Of a DNA stretch of 64,000 nucleotides, positions 60,259-64,000 are shown piece after piece. Under the pieces are notes generated by a model, which was given only the letters and a program-made list of their open reading frames with translations, was not told the origin of the DNA and did not search any database. Position 1 is the stretch's first letter. Each line of letters opens with the position of its first letter. The stretch lies in IMG/VR virus record IMGVR_UViG_3300045988_160394, positions 1-64,000 of that record. The stretch is one strand, 5' to 3'. The stretch comes from a virus. The position numbers and the translations under genes were made by a program.

Positions 60259-62888
60259 TGGCAAAGAATATAGTATTTAATTCAGATGCAAGAGAAAAGA
60301 TAAGACAAGGTGTCAATGTATTAGGAGATGCTGTTAGAGCAACTATGGGACCTAAAGGTAGAAATGCTATCTTAGAAAGAACACCTGGTTCTCCATTAAT
60401 AACTAACGATGGAGTTACTATAGCTAAAGAAATAGAATTAATAGACAATATAGAAAATATGGGAGCTCAAATAGTAAAAGAAGCAGCTATTAAGACTAAT
60501 GATGAGGCAGGAGATGGGCCACAACCTTTATATTCTAAAATATTAACACCTAATGGTTGGACTACTATGGGTGAAATAAAAAAAGGTGATGTTATATGTG
60601 GTACAAATAATACTCATCAAACAGTATTAGAAGTTTATCCTAAAGGGAAAAAAGAATTGGTTATAATTACATTCTCTAATGGCAAACAAGTTCATTGCTG
60701 TCAAGATCATTTATGGACTATAAATACAAGCTATGGAAAAAGAAAAACCATGACAACAAGAGAAATGATAAACAAAGGCGTATACAAACTTAATAGCCAA
60801 GGTGATAAAAGATATAATTTCTATACACCTTCTAACACAGTAGAGTTTCAAGAAAAAGAATTACCGATACATCCATACCTTTTAGGTGCTCTATTAGGAG
60901 ATGGCTCATTAACTGGGACAGGGAATATAGAATTAAGCTTAGGATATAATAAAGAGCACATAATAGAAAAAATATATCCGATATTACCTGACAATATACA
61001 AATATCAATACAGGATTGTTTAGACAAGAATTGTTATAGAGTCAAATTTTCAAAAATAGATAAAACTAATCCTATTTCTATGGAAAGTTTACTTAATGAA
61101 TTAAATCTATTAGGAACTAATAGTAAAAATAAATTTATACCTGAAATTTATTTATATAATTCAGTTGAAAATAGAACACAATTGTTAAATGGTTTAATAG
61201 ATACAGATGGATATAACAATAATAGAGGATTGTTTGAATTTTCTACTGTTAGCGATAAACTTAATGAATCCTTCACAGAATTAGTTAATAGCTTAGGAAT
61301 TCAAACATCATATACTTTACACAAAAGAGATAATGACTTATTATCTTATTCTTTCAATCCTATTCATAGACATACTCAATTAAAAGGTTATAAATATGGA
61401 ATAAAAATAGTAGATATTGAAGTTGTTAATAAACTAGAAGAAATGAAATGTATAAAAGTATCAAATCAAGATAATTTATATATAACAGATGGATATATAG
61501 TAACACACAACACTACTACAGCTACAGTTTTAGCACAAGCAATCATAAATGAAGGTTATAATGCTCTTTCTACAACTGAAGATGTTTCAGAAGAAGAAAA
61601 GAATCAATCTATATACAAAGGTGCCAATCCTGTTTTATTAAAGAAAGGTATAGAAATAGCTACTAAAATAGCAATAGATGAATTAAAAGCTATAGCTAAG
61701 CCTATAGAAACAGATGAAGAAATAAAACAAATAGCAACTATATCTTCTGCTAGTGATGATATAGGAGAATTAATATCTCAAGCTATTAAAAGAGTAGGTA
61801 AAGACGGTATAATTACTACTACTGAATCACATACTATAGAAACTACTTTAGAAGTTAAAGAAGGTTTTGAATTTGACAGAGGTTTTTATTCACCTTACTT
61901 TGCTGATGATCAAGAAAAAATAGAATCTGTTTTTTATAATCCATTAATACTTGTAAGTGATCAAAAGATGAGAACTCAACAAGAAATAGTACCTTTATTA
62001 GAACAAGTGTTAAAAGTTCAAAGACCTATAGTGTTTATAGTTGATGAAATAGAACAAATCGTATTCTCTTCTTTATTAAGAAATAAAATGAATGGGAATA
62101 TGGATGTAGCAGTAATAAAAGCACCTGGATTTGGGGCAAAAAGAAAAGAGCTATTACAAGATATAGCTATTTTAACAGGAGCAACTTTTATATCTGAAGA
62201 ATACGCTTTAACTATGTCAGAAGCTAGAATAAACTTATTAGGTTCATGCGAGTCTATAAAGATAACTAAAAATAATACTATTATATTTAATGGTTCTGGA
62301 GATAAAGAAGAAATAAATAAAAGAGCAGAACACATTAAGAATAGTATTAATGCTGATAATATATCAGAATACGATAAAGAAAAACTAGAAGAAAGATTAG
62401 CTAAAATAACAGGTGGTATAGCTACTATAAAAATAGGAGCTGCTACAGAGCCTGAATTAAAAGAGAAAAAGTTAAGAATAGAAGATGCTATTAATGCCAC
62501 TAAAGCAGCTATAGAAGAAGGAATAGTTGCAGGTGGTGGAACAGCTTTATTTAATCTTTCACCAGTAATATTAGAAAAGACTAAAAACTTAGTAGGAGAT
62601 GTATATCAAGGAGCATTATGTGTAGCATTAGCTGTTAATTCTCCAATAATACAAATAGCTATGAATGCAGGTGTAAATGCTACTAAGGTTATGGAAAATG
62701 TTTTAAAGACAGCTAAAGAAAAAAGCAATCCTAATATAGGATATGATGCTTATAATGATGCTTATGTTGATATGTTAGAAGTAGGAATAATAGATCCTGT
62801 AAAAGTTACTAGAAATGCATTACAAAATGCAGCTTCAGTAGCTGCTATACTGTTAACAACAGATGTAACTATAAGCAACTTTCAATAA
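60258..62888 (+). CDS. groEL: chaperonin GroEL (Cpn60) precursor interrupted by an intein
   Basis: Exteins (87 + 458 aa) carry GroEL signatures: AR....GV..L.DAV..T.GPKGRN, ITNDGVTIAKEIEL, AGDG|TTTATVLA, GGG.ALF, IIDP.KVTR.ALQNAASVA. TAATG overlap with thyX. Confidence 0.95.
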   Translation: MAKNIVFNSDAREKIRQGVNVLGDAVRATMGPKGRNAILERTPGSPLITNDGVTIAKEIELIDNIENMGAQIVKEAAIKTNDEAGDGPQPLYSKILTPNGWTTMGEIKKGDVICGTNNTHQTVLEVYPKGKKELVIITFSNGKQVHCCQDHLWTINTSYGKRKTMTTREMINKGVYKLNSQGDKRYNFYTPSNTVEFQEKELPIHPYLLGALLGDGSLTGTGNIELSLGYNKEHIIEKIYPILPDNIQISIQDCLDKNCYRVKFSKIDKTNPISMESLLNELNLLGTNSKNKFIPEIYLYNSVENRTQLLNGLIDTDGYNNNRGLFEFSTVSDKLNESFTELVNSLGIQTSYTLHKRDNDLLSYSFNPIHRHTQLKGYKYGIKIVDIEVVNKLEEMKCIKVSNQDNLYITDGYIVTHNTTTATVLAQAIINEGYNALSTTEDVSEEEKNQSIYKGANPVLLKKGIEIATKIAIDELKAIAKPIETDEEIKQIATISSASDDIGELISQAIKRVGKDGIITTTESHTIETTLEVKEGFEFDRGFYSPYFADDQEKIESVFYNPLILVSDQKMRTQQEIVPLLEQVLKVQRPIVFIVDEIEQIVFSSLLRNKMNGNMDVAVIKAPGFGAKRKELLQDIAILTGATFISEEYALTMSEARINLLGSCESIKITKNNTIIFNGSGDKEEINKRAEHIKNSINADNISEYDKEKLEERLAKITGGIATIKIGAATEPELKEKKLRIEDAINATKAAIEEGIVAGGGTALFNLSPVILEKTKNLVGDVYQGALCVALAVNSPIIQIAMNAGVNATKVMENVLKTAKEKSNPNIGYDAYNDAYVDMLEVGIIDPVKVTRNALQNAASVAAILLTTDVTISNFQ
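60519..61511 (+). mobile_element. intein (331 aa) with LAGLIDADG homing-endonuclease domain; class-3-like W/C/T signature
   Basis: Inserted between G87 and T of the DG|TTT loop. Block A-like PQPLYSKILTPNGW; block B ..QDHLW (W, nt 60714-60716); LAGLIDADG motifs LLGALLGDGSL and LNGLIDTDGY; block F MKCIKV (C, nt 61449-61451); block G GYIVTHN followed by +1 Thr. Confidence 0.85.
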
Positions 62889-62892
62889 ATAA

Positions 62893-62957
62893 AATATTAA
62901 GTGGGCAACTAGTTAAGGGGGCCCACTTTTTTTGTGCTTCGCACTTATTTAAGGAGG
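62893..62957 (+). promoter_or_regulatory. conserved intergenic cassette, copy B
   Basis: AATATTAAG, terminator hairpin, T-run, GTGC-TTC-GCAC (62934-62944), TTATTTAAGGAGG; same order as the copy at 47405-47457. Confidence 0.4.
62900..62933 (+). terminator. Rho-independent terminator
   Basis: AGTGGGC / GCCCACT stem, 14-nt loop, TTTTTTT tail. Confidence 0.7.
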
Positions 62958-62965
62958 TGAATTGT

Positions 62966-63859
62966 ATGTGAGAAAGAAAGCTAACGAATAAACAGAAGAA
63001 AAAAGAAAAACAATTGAAGAAACAAAAAGAAAAAGCTGAAAGAGAACAATTTATTAATAGCTGTATGAAAGAGATTAATGATGAATTAGACAGAAGTTAT
63101 ATTGTAATTGACGATATGCTAGAAAAAATAAGTAAAGATTTTGTTGATTCTGCTATTAAAATAGAAGAATATAAACAGTCACTAATTCATATTGCATACA
63201 GAGATGATTTGGATAAAGAAAGTTATTCAGATTATAAAGAAGTTAAAGATATTATTACTAATATAGAAGAGATTAGAAAAAATATGAATTCTAAATATAT
63301 AGATATGTTTTCTGATAGTACAGAGAATTCTATACTCCAATTAGCAGAAGAATCTATAAATAAAATTGCTGATATTATTAAAAGCATTCAAGCAGATATA
63401 AAAGGCCAAAAGAATGACTTTTTAATACTTTCTATATTATTGGATAGGTCTAAGAGAATATTAGAAGAATATAACACATACATAGTAGAATCTGTCTTAG
63501 AATCTAATCCTTATATTGATGCGTATATAGAAACAGAAGAATCTTATTATAATTTCTTATTAGAAATAGTAGGAGATAAAGAAGATAATCCTGAAGATAT
63601 TACACAAGAAGAAATAAGAAAATACAATGATAGATTAAGAGTAGAATATTCTGATTTATCAAGATTTCTTACTTTAAAGGGATATGTATGCGTTAGACAA
63701 AATAGTACGACTCATGCAATATGGAGAAACGAAGAATTAGGAATATCTGTTCCATTACCTAATAAATCTGGTACAGTTCCACAAGGAACAGTTTCTAAGC
63801 TATTAAGAATAATAAATAGTAATAGATATGAATTAGCAGAATTTATAATGGAGGAATAG
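62966..63859 (+). CDS. coiled-coil protein with C-terminal HicA-like domain; TGA as second codon if the start is 62966
   Basis: ATG 62966 is 6 nt after AAGGAGGTG and in frame with ORF-track TTG 63014 through TGA 62969-62971. C-terminal FLTLKGYVCVRQNSTTHAIWRNEELGISVPLPNKSGTVPQGTVSKLLRII fits the HicA/YcfA pattern. Confidence 0.5.
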
Positions 63860-63861
63860 TT

Positions 63862-64000
63862 ATGGTTGTATTTGTTATAATAGAAGAAACATTGTTTGAA
63901 AATGAAAATCCATTAAATGAAATTGTATATATAACTTCAAGTAAAGAAGATTGTTTAAGTACTCTTAATAGACAATATCGTTTAGCAATAGCTGATATGT
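63862..64000 (+). CDS. hypothetical protein, 5' partial at window end
   Basis: ATG after GGAGGAA; the ORF runs off the window. Confidence 0.4.
   Translation, partial: MVVFVIIEETLFENENPLNEIVYITSSKEDCLSTLNRQYRLAIADM

Overview
Strongly AT-rich window with essentially every credible gene on the + strand. About 140 mostly very small ORFs are packed end to end, with AGGAGG-type Shine-Dalgarno sites, frequent ATGA/TAATG start-stop overlaps and about 15 hairpin plus T-run terminators. There are no capsid, portal, terminase or tail genes, no rRNA and no tRNA. This looks like the non-structural (early/auxiliary) arm of a large phage of a low-GC Firmicute; a YyaC sporulation-protease homologue points to a spore-former host. 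Recognisable genes: CCA-adding enzyme, NAD-dependent DNA ligase, DHH/DHHA1 phosphoesterase, RlaP-like nucleotidyltransferase, radical SAM protein, secreted glucosaminidase, YyaC-like protease, SLOG/DUF2493 protein, MazF/PemK-like toxin, PnuC, NadR-type NMNAT/RNK, NADAR, Nudix, SPFH/band-7, ferritin, FolD, ThyX, GroEL and two PcfJ-like proteins. Main second-look items: (1) a 446-aa Cas12f-type RuvC nuclease (50296-51636) followed by 790 bp of non-coding DNA holding two diverged tandem copies of a structured tracr-like RNA, each with short CRISPR-like repeats, and no cas1/cas2/cas4 or tnpA in the window. (2) In-frame TGA codons inside at least five otherwise intact genes, including thyX and a P-loop kinase, suggesting TGA read-through or Trp recoding. 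(3) A LAGLIDADG-containing intein with the class-3 W/C/T signature and a non-nucleophilic first residue, inserted in the DGTTT ATP loop of GroEL. (4) A dispersed NAD+/ADP-ribose gene set (LigA, PnuC, NadR, NADAR, Nudix). (5) A 702-aa protein with a DxDxD loop reminiscent of two-barrel RNA polymerases. All homology calls come from motif recognition by eye; no searches were run.
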